This document shows, in pieces, positions 12,595 to 25,468 of a DNA stretch of 64,000 nucleotides. Position 1 is the first letter of the stretch. Each line of letters opens with the position of its first letter. The notes below the pieces were generated by a model. The model was not told the DNA's origin and did no database searches. It saw only the letters and a program-made list of their open reading frames with translations. The position numbers and the translations under genes were made by a program. Source of the stretch: Trichosphaerium sp. ATCC 40318 (Eukaryota; Protista; Tubulinea); contig JALMLS010000150.1 in NCBI GenBank assembly GCA_038496445.1, forward strand, positions 100,326 to 164,325, in the 5' to 3' direction.

Positions 12595-13882
12595 TTAGCT
12601 TTCTTCATTTGTTTGAGATAGTTTCTGTATTTTGATGTCATTATCATGTATATACTTTACAACACTTGGGAACGTTAAGTGAGATATATCTTTTCCTTCT
12701 AATAAAAGGTTTCTGACGGCAGTTGAACTTACATCCGTAACTCCGTCTTCGATTTCAACAAGGAAGAATTCTGTACCGAATTTTTTTTCCTTTATCTTGT
12801 CTAACTCAACGCCTAGGCGTCCTATGGCCACACAACCGAAAGGATATCTTGTATAAAGTAAGTCATTACGTTTTGAGGCACTGAGTGATACTAAGCATAC
12901 CTTTGTTTCCCAGCATAAAGAGTTGCATCAAATGCTAAATCAGTACCACATACAAAAAAAATACTGAATTCTTCTTTGGGTATTTGCTCTTTTATAAACG
13001 ATAAATGAGCATTTACGACGGATGGGAAATTGACAAACGTTGGTTGAGAGCATTCCCACGATGATACCTAAAGCCAGTCAATCGTACAGAGAAAGAAAAA
13101 AGCATAGAAACAAACAACTGCAGAAAGTACATACTTCTAGCCATTCAGATGAACACGTGACTGACCGTATCATCTCAATACGATGCTCTGCATCTATACA
13201 CGATATACCCCTCCTTCGCATTTTACCTGAAACGTATACATCATGTGAAGGCGATAAATATCTAAAGCTTGGGTTACAAATCATTTACGAATTTTTTTTA
13301 ACCTACCCTGCCACAACTTTGCAGTCAGTCTCGCTCTCAAGCCTATCCTTTGCTAGACTCATCATCCGTACATGCATATTGTGTACTGGACACATCGCAC
13401 CAGTTGCCACAAGTACAACCTAGTTTAATTCAAAGGTCAGGAACTGACATACAATCTGCTAAGGTACTTTTTTTGTTGAAGTTGCTTTTTTTAGATTTGC
13501 TTGTAGTTTGATTAATGGGATAAGATCGGTTGGTTTCATTCCCTCAAAGTATTTTGATAGAGGCTGAAAGTGTTAGCTCGATGTTTGACCACTGTTGGGA
13601 CAAGTACCTTTATTTCTTCTCCATACAAATCATAAAGCTTGCCTTCTACTTCAAGGACGCTTATGTCGTCCGTTTCAAGGCTTGGTTTTAGTCTAAACGC
13701 TTCAGACGTTAACGTACGTTAAACATGCAATAATTTACCACGTTTATAGTATCTAACGGCGCCCATCATATCACCAGACGACTCTAGACGTTTTATTATT
13801 ATTACTATACTTTAAACGCCATAATCAAACCTGCGCGTACTGCCGCCAAGTAGTACCACTCAGCTGATTTATTTGCTTCCAT
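12595..13882 (-). CDS. NMNAT: Nicotinamide/nicotinate mononucleotide adenylyltransferase-like protein with N-terminal TPR-like helices
   Basis: VVLVATGAMCPVHNMH, YLSPSHDVYV, HRIEMI, WLEV, FFVCGTDL, DVSSTAVRNLL..G..IS.LTFPSVVKYI. Confidence 0.8.
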
Positions 13883-14140
13883 ACAAACGCTAGAGATGTT
13901 GTACAAGGCAACCAAATCAAATAAATTTCATAACTTTTTCTGACATTTGACTGAAAAGACATTTCGAACATCCGTTCTTTTTTGTGGCAGTAAGGGATAA
14001 AAGAAAATGTACTCTTTGTTGGAGGGGTATATTTTTACAGTTTAATGTTGACATTTGTTGTTTACAAGGGTTTTTGTACATTCGGTTATTTACAAGATTA
14101 AGAAAAATTGGTTTTGGTTGGTGAACATTTCGCGGTTTGT

Positions 14141-15129
14141 TTACGCTTTGATCCACTTGTGAGATAATATTTCATTGCAATTAGGTCTCTTTGAAGGATT
14201 TTTATGAAGCATACTTCTGATAAGGTCTTTTGCTTCATTCGAAATGGATACGTCTTCAGGGAACCTCAAACTTCCCATTTGGATTCTTCTTAGCATATCA
14301 GGTATACTTGTTCCAGGCCAAGGGAAGTTTCCTGTTAATAGCCTGTAAAGTACGATACCTAGAGCCCAGATGTCGGCTTTTCGCGTATCATACTTTTTCT
14401 CCAAAAGAATCTCAGGAGACAAGTATAGGAGCGTTCCTCTCATGAATTTCTTACATCTTGTCTCTGTTTTCTGACAAAGTCCGAAATCTATCAATTTTGC
14501 TTCGTTATCAGCTGTAAGCACTATATTACGCTCTTTAATGTCTTTGTGGCTATATCCTTCATCGTGAATGTATCCAAGTGCTTGTACGAGCTGAGAAAGC
14601 CAAATTCTTGTTTGACGTTCATCAACTCGCGTGTCTTTCTCAAGTGTTTGTTCGAGAGTGAGTCCAGGGATCAGTTCAAGGTAAATATATGCTTTATCAT
14701 CCTTGACATGGAAATGTTCAAATTTCACTATGTACTTATGGTGCAACGCCTCTAAAGCGGCTACTTCGCGTCGAATTTGTGATCTATAAAGCGTTAGACA
14801 ACTTTAAGAGGAATAGAAGACAACAATTTAAACTTACTTGAACTTTAGATCAATTATTTTTACGGCGTATCTTTTGCCTGTTTTCTTGTTCTTGGCAGTG
14901 CGGACAACTCTAGTAGAGATAAGAAAAGCGTTTACGGAAGAAAGATTTAACCGGCAAAATTGTAAATAACACGAGAAAGCTGTTGTACGTACCCAAACTT
15001 CCCTTCTCCGAGCGTCCGAGAGCGTGGTTTGAAGTTACAGTCATCAGAACAAGGTCTTTTCTTTAAAATGTCCTTAGAGTGTGAGGATAGTCTTCTTTTT
15101 ATTGTATCAACTAGTGTTGGTGTCCCCAT
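14141..15129 (-). CDS. Ser/Thr protein kinase (CAMK/AMPK-like group)
   Basis: LGEGKFG, YAVKII, HKDIKERN, DFG, GTLLYLSPE, DIWALG. Confidence 0.92.
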
Positions 15130-15855
15130 GATGCTTTGTACAGGTTGGGTTTTTGAATAATCGGTTTTTTAATTACGCCGATTTTTATCAAATTTATTAT
15201 GGGATAAACAAAAGCCCCGCATTCACTTGTTTTTTGTCCTAGACAAAAACTAACCCCTTACAGTAATAAAACAACACTGTCTACACGGTCGGCGCTTATG
15301 GTGCTATTGGACAAATATAAGTATAAACATTTACCCGCATGTTTGTCCCCGCGGATTAATCACATCTAGCACTATGAATTGATACAAGATTATTCAGTGA
15401 CGGGGAAATGGGGTAGCTTCAGAAAAAAGTAACCACGTCTTCTCCTTTTTTTTATGATAGCATGTAGTTACTCCAGCTCTTTACGTAATGCAGTGAACTC
15501 AGACACGTGGAAGCGAAAAGTCGCAGAAATAGGGAAAACAAAATCCACCGGCAAGTAGTGTTCGTACAAAGAAAAGACAGAAAGTAATCGGGCTCCGGCG
15601 TAAATTGAAGATGTTGCGGGCATTTTTTTTAAGCGAGTGAACATTGTTCACCAAAAAATTGGGAAGTATTCTCTGCGAAATTTCTTCAACCCATGACAAT
15701 AACGTCATTGATGAATTCTCTTTTAGCATTTACAAATTTTTTGTTGTTTATTGTCGTTTTAGTAAACGTACGTAGGTCTAGTTAACTACATACAAGTGTT
15801 CAATTATCGTCGATAGTGGTCCGGGTTAATCTTTCCTCTACATAGGATTTATTCT

Positions 15856-17303
15856 TTAATAGCCCTGAGCTTGGCTGTCATAAAAATTCTCAGTTTGCTC
15901 TCTTTGTTGCAAAACTTCATAAATTGCTGTCTTGAACACCAGCTCAACGTTCTTATCTTCCTTAGCCGAAGCCTCTACGTAGCTATAACCCAGACTATCT
16001 GCTTTTTCCTAACATGACAGTAAACCCTACAACCTCGACTAAAACGTCAAAGAAAAATTGAAACAGTTTTTTGCTTATTTAGGAAAGTTTGCTGTCGTTT
16101 GAAATCGCGTCAAACCTTAAAAAATCAAAATCGATGAATTATTTTCTCTACAATACCTTTGCATCATCTTCACTAATAATTCGCTCTGCGGATAAGTCCT
16201 ACGCGTTATAAGTCATAATTAATCAAGAAACATTGCAGTTAATAATTTACCAGTTTGTGACCACAAATAAGCAATTGCGTTGACTCTCTTCCAAATTTAC
16301 GAACTTGGTCTATCCAGTAATGTAGCTTATCGAAGGTATCTTCCTTTACATACAATTAACCTTATAAAAACGGCGATTCTTTCTTGCTTTGTCTATAATA
16401 TCGTTTGGCGTACATTGGTCAGGTCAAAAACAACAATTACGACATCAGCACCACGATAAAAACTGGCAGTGATGGTTGAGAACCTATTTTAGAATTGTTA
16501 CAAAACTTTAATTTTCCTACCACTTCATATTGCGTCTAAATCGACTGTACGTACCTCTCTTGACCACCTAAAATCGTAAGTTAATAAAATAAATAAGTTT
16601 GACGCGTTTACGAGTTGTCAGTTGCCAACAATTTCAAAAAACGTGGAAGACCAAAAAAAACCCAAAACAACAAAAAAAAAACGTGCCTGTGTCCCAAATT
16701 CTGGCCTTTACTTTCACTTCGTTTAGATCTACTTCGCGCTCTTTCTATAATGGATTTAGATGAAGCGTTGGTTGATGACAATCAAAATTCCTTTTTTTCT
16801 TTTTTTTTTGGTTTTTGGTTTTGGCTTTTCTAGCGTATCAGTGCGATAATTGTTAGGTTTTGGTTGAGAAATAAGCCTTCGGCACTAAAAGGGAAATTGT
16901 GGGCGTTAAAAATCATAAAGTGCTATGTTATGTATTTAGAGTGCTAATAAATATTTAATTACCGCGTCCATGCCAATTGTTGGCGTTTCCTCTACAAATT
17001 CGCCATCGACAAACCTCACTGTAAAATTCGTTAAAACGCGAACAAGAGTAACTCCAAGTACCAATTAGACTGGTTTTACCAACTCCTACAAAAGATTAAT
17101 TTCAACGCTTTGTTGGGTGTAAACTTTACCTATTTCTCCTAGTAATAGCAGTTTCACTGGCCTAATCTATAATGAGCGCTTTTTGGTAGTAACTGGTAAC
17201 CAACTTACGCTGTGGGTGCCTTTGCTTCATTGTTAACGCCGCCAACGACGGTAATACCTCTAGTTTGTCTTGTTTTTTCTTTTTTTGAGTGTTTGCACCC
17301 CAT
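15856..17303 (-). CDS. Rab-family small GTPase with N-terminal MGC acylation motif and no C-terminal cysteines
   Basis: About 10 small exons: MGCKHSK...KLLLLGEIGVGKTSL, WDTGGQERFSTITASFYRGAD, GHKLD, EASAK, ends NFYDSQAQGY*. Confidence 0.85.
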
Positions 17304-17841
17304 TTACAATATTGGCTTTAGGTATTATGCATGGGATGTTTTTGGTATGGTTTTAATAAAAAAAACTGCTTATCAACGACTCAAAAAATAGCACAAGTCT
17401 CGTTTACGTCAAAACACCTGTGCTCGATCAATAGTCTCCCTACGGCTTCTAACCTTCCCTAAAAGTATCTACGTGCGTTGCTAGTCTGTACGAGAGCCTT
17501 CCAAAGTCGAACAAAGTTGACACTAAGGCCATTTTTGTCTCATACCCACCTGTAGCGCGAAAACCTATGCACATGCTACGAAACTGGTTCAAAACGTAAG
17601 ATAGTTTGCCAGATTTCTGTCTGTTTCAGTGATTATGTACTTGGTGAGATCATTTATTGAGAGTAGCCTAGGAACCATCGGATATGTTTGTTACGAAGGT
17701 TACCACATCATGTAGAATATAGCCTTCTTGCAAAGGTGCTGAATAATCTCAAACTTACGCCAATTTTACGTAACTTTCGATTCAAATTATTCAATTTACA
17801 ACACCTTAAAAGCAACACGGAATAGCGAATAGAGATATACT

Positions 17842-19183
17842 ATGCTTAAACTAACTCTTCGTACAAGGGTACGCGCATCCTATGGATACCAACATATATA
17901 GCGTAATTTATTCGCTAATTGTCTTTAGCTTGCTGCTACGCCAGTCTTAGTAGCGAAAAGGACGCGTTTTACCCAGCAGAGATCTTTTAGCGTGTTAAAA
18001 TCGCAAAACAAAATGAAGAAAACGTCATTCAGAACAAAACTCACTTCCACTACCATGTACAAACGCTGGTATAACATTGATGAACGTGTCAGTTATGCTT
18101 ATGAACATAACCACAAACCCAGCAGTTTTGTTAAAGATGTACGAGTTCTAGACTTCATTTTTTGATAACATTTAGTGAACTTTGGAAAAAAGACTTCGCG
18201 TTCTCGTTTGCGTTTGAGGTAATAATGTATTCCCGTAGGTCAAGAGAGGACCTCCATACACTGACGTACAAAAGCTAGAAGGTGAATTCAATGACCTTGT
18301 AACAGCACACGTTGAGCCTGTAACAACTGGAGATAAGGTACGGAATAACTTTTTAGCTTCTTCAGAAAATATTCTCGAATAAAGTAACCAAGTCTATTTT
18401 ATGATCCCTGACACGTGATAGGTCGCTCTTACGCTAGTTAACATGGTTAAACCATTCAACCACATGTTTTTTAGAGATAAATACACACATCACGCTGTTG
18501 TACTAGAGACAGTAGCGGCAGTTCCCGGAATGGTATGTTAAAGCCAAGCAGAGCTAAAAGAAACGTGTTTTTTTTGACCAAAGTTCAGGTTGCTGGTATG
18601 ATGCGCCATTTCAAGAGTTTACGTCACATGCAGCGTGATCACGGATGGATACACCAACTTATTGAAGAAGCAGAGAACGAGCGAATGCATCTTCTCACAT
18701 GGATGCAGGTAACTAACTACCTAGAAGCTAGTATTGTCTCATGTACTTTAGCTATGTCAACCAACTTTTCTTGAACGCATACTTGTAGTCGCTGCACAAT
18801 GCATATACACACCCTTCTATGCTTTCTTGTATACTTTAACACCAGCTGTTGCTCACAAGTACCACGCAAAAAAGACTTTAGGCAGTACTGATCGAATTTC
18901 TAGGTTCGTTGGGTACTTGGAGGAAGAAGCTTGTCTCCAGTACACGCTTATGCTCAAAGCTATTGATGAAGGCAAAATAGAAAACGTAGAAGCTCCTGAT
19001 ATTGCCAAGGAGTACTGGAATTTGAAGCCAGACGCACGTCTTCGTGATGTAGTGTTGGTATGTTTTCTTCATCCATTGTTGGTTTCGGAGGCTGACATTC
19101 TATAGGTTATCAGAGCTGATGAAGCTATGCACAGAGATGTGAATCATAGGTTCGCAGATCGAGCGAAACACGGCATGTATTGA
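17842..19183 (+). CDS. AOX: Alternative oxidase
   Basis: [49 protein letters not shown] diiron motifs; mitochondrial presequence. Confidence 0.95.
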
Positions 19184-19337
19184 CACGTTTTCAGTTCACA
19201 TTTTTTTACCAAAAAGCCGATTGTAAATAAACCTTGTGATGTGAAACAAAGTCCGCTTATTTCAAGCTGCTACTAAAAGGATAACAACCTTTACTTCTGC
19301 TTATACACAACGTGTTCATGTTTAGTAGCCCGGTAAA

Positions 19338-21188
19338 ATGTTAATTTACACACGTGATATTTTTTTTGTATGGGTACTAGCTCTTTCATTGATAACTGCT
19401 GTGAAGGTACTTGGACCTGATGAAGACCTGTACGTTTGAACTTTGCCAACAAATATTTCCATGGCCGTTTGTTAGCGACGCCTTCCCTGCAGCAGAGTTC
19501 CACATGCTTTGTGTTATAGATATTTTGGACTGGTTTTTTTATCGTTTCACGCGAAAATAGTAAATCCTGTTTTTGACAATTTGGGACTGACTTTGTTATT
19601 GTTTAGCGAAGACGAAAAAGACCAGGCTTTTGGTGATGGTACTGTGAATTTTCAAGTTGCTTTTTCGTTACATCTACGCACCATAGTAATGTGTTTTAAT
19701 AAAGGTAACAAGTATGGTGACGCTAGAAAAGAATTGGAAGATTTGGGTCACGAAATAGACGCTACAAACAGGATAACTACAACCAGATTAAACCGCAATG
19801 ATATGTTTATATCAGGTGTTATAAAGACAGAGAATGATTTGGGAGAAATTCTGTCCTGGGTTGAAGATGGTAACTGGCTGTGCTCATATGTGATAAAAAG
19901 GGTCAAAGCTACTGTCAAGAATTAGAAAGTACGTTTGGTAATTCTATGCTGCAGTCAAGTTTGTCAAAATTATCAACCAGTTACAGCTATGAGTAGTTTC
20001 ACCAAATATGTTCTATTCTTATAACTGACAATAATAGGCGAAGGTATAGAGGCTGTTGATACTTGTGCTGAAATCCTTGATCCCATGATGATGACTATCG
20101 AGTGCGAAGATAAAAAGGAGCTTTATGTTCGTGAAAATCCGAGTTCTTTCTAAAGCTAAAGTTTTTGTTTTTAGACAAGCAACGAGGCTCCTGGTCATCC
20201 TCTAATGAAAGATCTTGTTTCCTTTGTAGGGTTCTAGCAGATTATGGTACACCAACACAAAACATGTTATTTAAAATGACCACAACCAAAAGTACTATTG
20301 GCGTTACAACCAAAGTACCCAAATAACTTTGATAACATGATAGTTTTCACTAGTTTCTGCGACAGCCGCTTGTGTTAGGTCTTTTCTTCAGTCAAAACTC
20401 TTGAGAGCGCTGTAGCAAAAGGTCATATTTTGCTTAATTTGTCTATTTTGATATTATTTATAAAGGCTACTTTGGTTGAACGCACAATAACATTCAATTT
20501 ATAGCCGCATGGATTGATAATCCGCCAATTTCACCTACAGCGATGCCAATTACAAAACCGCGGGTAAGTACTGTGCAAAGTATATATTAAGCTAACCTAT
20601 AATTGTAGCCAAATATCGTTGTTGTGGATAATTTAATAATTCAACAGAACCAAACCACAGTCAAAGGTAACCTTGCTATTTTAAGTAACAGTACGATGTT
20701 AATAAGTGTGGAAACTGTTGTTACGGTACAAGGTAAAACAACAAACTGACATCAACCATTGCCTAACACATTAAGGTTGCTTGGTGATACTAGACGGAAA
20801 CTTAGATATAAAGCTTGATAGTGTACCAATTGATGGCAAAGTCATCGATTTAATTCGGTACACGTGCCAAGAATCGACATTCAATCAAATAAACGTGGTA
20901 CAAAATGATACATGCAAGAACGTTGTTATCAAAGAGCAAACATACTCTGATAGCTCGCTATCAGTTGTATTCGGCGTCACAGATGGTTGCAGCTCCATAT
21001 CCGGATCACTTGAATGGTGGGCATATTTTTTTATAATTTTGGCAGTTCTCATTGTTGTGATTGCCTTTATGTCTTTGGCTACTGTACTAATCTTCAAAAA
21101 ATGTACATAAGGTTATAAATATAATAATAACGGTTATTGCAATTGGTGTCTGTTTTTGGAATAGATGGAAACTTTGCAATGTGGTAAA
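19338..21188 (+). pseudogene. Decayed tandem duplicate of the 22232-24798 surface-protein gene
   Basis: Near-identical blocks (19555-19935 vs 22483-22868; 20860-20990 vs 24334-24465); 1-nt deletion near 19875 (ggtaactggct vs ggtaacttggct); internal deletion near 20232 creating TAG; PT stalk largely missing. Confidence 0.75.
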
Positions 21189-22231
21189 TGATCCTTATAA
21201 ATGGGTACTACCCAACGCACCTAGCCAACTTAAGGTGTTTTCTGGTAAACGTATTCTAAACGAATGCGTAACCGAAACTGAATTTATACCCTTAAACTAC
21301 GAACTGGTAGCATACTGTATATTTCATAGTTGACATCACGAGTGTTTTTACTGTATTAATATAATTTTAGATTCATTTCATAATTCACGAGAGCTGGTAA
21401 GTAGTGTACTTGAGCTGTTTTAAACTTTACGTTGCTAACATAAAATCCAAATAAGCCTTGTGGATATGTGACTGGCGTGAAACGTTTTTTAAGTTGTAGC
21501 AAACTCTCACTAATTACCTATTAGTCAACGTGCTGTTGTCCCGGAAAAAAAAAAAATAATAATGACAGTCTGTGTACACTGTTGCAATTCAATATACTAC
21601 GGCGAACGGATACAATTTAAGGAACGCTCTACTACAAAGCTTTTTGTGATCATCCTTAAAATAATACCCATTTGAAGAAGGCACAGCACTTTCCCAAGGA
21701 GTTCAACAACTCTAAAAAACTATTTCTTGTCACCATTGATCCGTCTGTACTATTGCTTTGTTTATGTTGCTTATCGTGTAAATATGCGTCCAGATATGAA
21801 AGCAATTTTGAAACATCATATTATGCTTTAAGAAATAGGTCACTTATATAAAACTCTCACCCAAAGACAGCTATGACAATGAAATTGAACTAGAATAAGC
21901 ACTCTTCTTCCAAAGTACCACTTACTGCCAAACATAGATGAATCTAGCATATAAAGTCGGCCCAATTTGGCTTGCGCCACCTGTCTTTAAATACTACTTA
22001 TTTGAGTAACCCTTTGGTGTGACTTAGTACCGTTACATTATTGCCTCAATTAGGGAGTGGACCTGGACGGAAGTCAACAACTTAATATGAAATCCGAAAA
22101 TACTTTAAGTCGTGATTAAATTTCAAGTTAAGTGGAAGGAAACAACGCTTTCCTTTTAGAACATTTCCTAATATCGTTGTTCAAAGCTTAATTTACCCCT
22201 CTGAAAATACAACTCCGTTGGCGGGGTTAAA

Positions 22232-24798
22232 ATGTTTATTTGCGCACGTGAAGCTTTTTTAGTATTGATATTGGCTGTATCGTTGATAAATGCCATAAAA
22301 GTACTTGGACCTGATGAAGACCTGTACGTTTTAATTATGTAACTGATATTTCCGTGGCTTTTTTTATGGCGCTTGCCAGTAGAATTTATAACTCTTTCAT
22401 TCTTTTATTTAATAGTTATCACGTGACGCAAAAACCAAACCGTCACGATGAAAACGTTTTTTCGCTTTTTTTTTTTCGTTACACGCGAAAATAGTAAATC
22501 CTGTTTTTGGTAATTTGGGACTGACTTTGTTATTGTTTAGCGAAGACGAAAAAGACCAGGCTTTTGGTGATGGTACTGTGAATTTTCAATTTGCTTTTCG
22601 TTATCTACGCACCATAGTAATGTGTTTTAATAAAGGTAACAAGTATGGTGACGCTAGAAAAGAATTGGAAGATTTGGGTCACGAAATAGAATCTACAAAC
22701 AGGATAACTACAACCAGATTAAACCGCAATGATATGTTTATATCAGGTGTTATAAAGATAGAGAATGATTTGGGAGAAATTCTATCCTGGGTTAGAGACG
22801 GTAACTTGGCTGTGCTCATATGTGATAAAAAGGGTCAAAGCTACTGTCAAGAATTAGAAAGTACGTTTGTAAAAAGTCCGATAACCCGTTGCAGTTTTTC
22901 AATTAAGAAAAAATTTTCCTCCCAATGCTCTCCTTGATTACTCAAAAGGTGTTCGAAAAAAAGAAAGAAATGTACAAAGACAATTTTGTTACCCTTTTCG
23001 TGTGAAAATGTCATTGTTCGTTCTTTGACAACAATAATAGGTGAAGGTATAGAGGCTTTTGATACTTGTGCTGAAATCCTTGATCCCATGATGATGACTA
23101 TCAAATGCGAAGATAAAAAGGAGCTTTACGTTCGTGAAAATTCGAGTTCTTTCTAAAGCTAAAGTTTTTGTTTTCAGACAAGCAATGAGGCTCCTGGTCA
23201 TCCTCTAATGAAAGATCTTGTTTCCTTTATAGGATTTAGAATTAAAAAAGATGTTGGTATGTTTGTTATCACGTGATACTTATTGTTGACGTTTTTTTTA
23301 TCAAGTTGAATTTACAGTTCAAGGGCCACATACAGTTTTAGGCAGAAATGAAGGCGGTGGAGCAATTGTTGTACTCGTACCTAAAGGTAATAATTCAATT
23401 TAAATTCGTTTGACCCTCATGGTATTATCCTATTCTAAAATCAAGCAAAAGGAAAGGGATACTTGGTGTTAATGGGTGATGCTTTATCCCTTCAAGATGA
23501 TGGACTAAAACAGGGATCGAATCCTCGCAATTTCTTGCGTAATCTAGCAGATTATGGTACACCAATACAAAACATGTTATTTAAAATGACTACTAACATT
23601 CAATTTATAGCCGCATTTATTGATATCATACCACCTACCACATTACCACCTACGCCACTTCCTCCCACTATTCAACCAACAACGTTACCTCCTACGACAC
23701 TTCCACCTATTGCGCAAGGTTCTACACGTGCGCCAACAAACGTACGGCTTTAAACTATTTCTAATCCTGAGAACAATTGATATATTTCTGTTTGTGGTCG
23801 TACTGATACAATTAAAAGCCACCCACAACAATGAGTCCTACTGTTTCTCCTACAGCAATTCCAACTACACAACCAACGATGAGTACTGTAAGTAATGTAT
23901 TTAGTGAGAAACTTACTAACACTGATTAAGACGGCACCAACTACTGCAAGTATCATTATTTTGGATAATTTCACAATTCAACCAAATCAAACCACAGTTA
24001 ATGGCGACTTTGCTATTTTAAGTAACAGTACCATTTCACTAGGAGCTGAAGCAGTAGTTACCGTGCAAGGTACAAAGTCAATATAACGTTGAACTAGTTT
24101 GCGTTTGCAATCAAGCCATTCGCCATTTATTCTCGTTCTTGTTCGAAAAGTGTTTTAGTGTTGGAAAATGTTTCAAAAGAAAAACCAAGCATACTAACTT
24201 GACTGCAGACTAAGGCAACTGTATTTCTCTAACACAATTTTGTTTAAGGTTGCTTGGTAGCAGTAGACGGAAACTTAGATGTTACGCTAGATAGTGTACC
24301 GGAAGACGGTGAAACCGTCGATTTAATACAATACACGTGCCATGAATCGACGTTCAATCAAATAAACGTGGTACAAAATGATACATGCAAGAACGTTGTT
24401 ATCAAAGAGCAAACATACTCTGATAGCTCGCTATCAGTTGTATTCGGCGTCACAGATGCTTGCAGCTCCAATAGCTCAGGATCAGGATCTCTTAAATGGT
24501 GGGCTTACTTCCTTATGCTTCTGGCACTACTCATTGTTGTGGTTGCCTTTATAGTAGCGTATACTCTTTCTGAAGTATGTAGTTATTACTAATATTATCT
24601 AAATCTCGTTTTAGACAGTCAGAAGGATAATATCTCCGTTCAGCAAAGGAAGTACTGTACGTTTTAAAATCAAAAACACTGTTTTGTGTTTTGGGTTCAT
24701 TTCACAATTTCTGTTTTGAACAACCCCTTCTGTTATCTTATTATTACTATTAGAGGCTCCATGAAAAATCAGAGGACGATAGTAGTCAGAGTGTATAA
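22232..24798 (+). CDS. Type I surface protein: signal peptide, class-I-GATase-like (DUF4350/GIFT-like) domain, Pro/Thr stalk, beta-rich module, TM helix
   Basis: MFICAREAFLVLILAVSLINA signal; YGDARKELEDLGHEI, ILSWVRDGNLAVLICD, GKGYLVLMGD...NFLRNLADY; PPTTLPP repeats; TM WWAYFLMLLALLIVVVAFIVAY. Confidence 0.7.
23631..23710 (+). repeat. Coding 15-bp-period Pro/Thr mucin-like repeat
   Basis: PPTTLPPTPLPPTIQPTTLPPTTLPP. Confidence 0.7.
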
Positions 24799-25468
24799 TA
24801 CAAGAGCGTCCATTTCTAACTATAAAACGCATATTCACGAAATGAATCCTACACAATGATATTTAAAGAACTGTATCAATAAAACGTGTGGCTGTACTAT
24901 TTGGTCTGTACGTTTCGGCACTAAAGCCGCATTGTCTGTCAAAATATTATACGATTAGGAATACGTCAACGTGTAGTGATGAGTGGTGAAATGCGTAAGG
25001 CCTGGTTTTTAAAAATGGAAAAAAATGACAAGGCGATTTTTATAGTGTACTAATAATAATTCATCACGTGTACTTTGATAGCTCGTATTAATACAAAAAC
25101 ACATTGTCTACAATGCTTAGAACAGTTCTACTCGTTCTAAAAGGCGTATAAAACAAAACCAAGGTCACCACCAAATAGTCCATTTCTCTCTTTGAACAAA
25201 ATCTTTTTGCTTTGAAAATCTCTGTATAAGACAATAGTACGATGGATGTGTGATTGGAATATACCTTTATTGGTTGAAGATACCCCGCAACCGTAACTAT
25301 CGTTTATACGAAATTACGTTAGAGTTATGCCATCGTACCACGTGCATTGATACATTTAACATGTGGAAATTTTTTGCAGTTGATGCACCACCAAAGTACT
25401 GCAAGACTAAGATTTTAAAAACGGCGATCGTCAGTGAGCCGTCTGCTAAGCAAGGAAACAACCTGGAA

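Noticed and set aside
14141-14746. HKD in place of HRD as a pseudokinase sign
   Set aside because: Catalytic Asp, Lys, Asn, DFG and the VAIK-equivalent lysine are intact; an ordinary non-RD variant
19338-24798. Direct repeats as LTRs or a transposon
   Set aside because: The repeats are exons and introns of a duplicated surface gene; no transposase/RT, TIRs or target-site duplication seen
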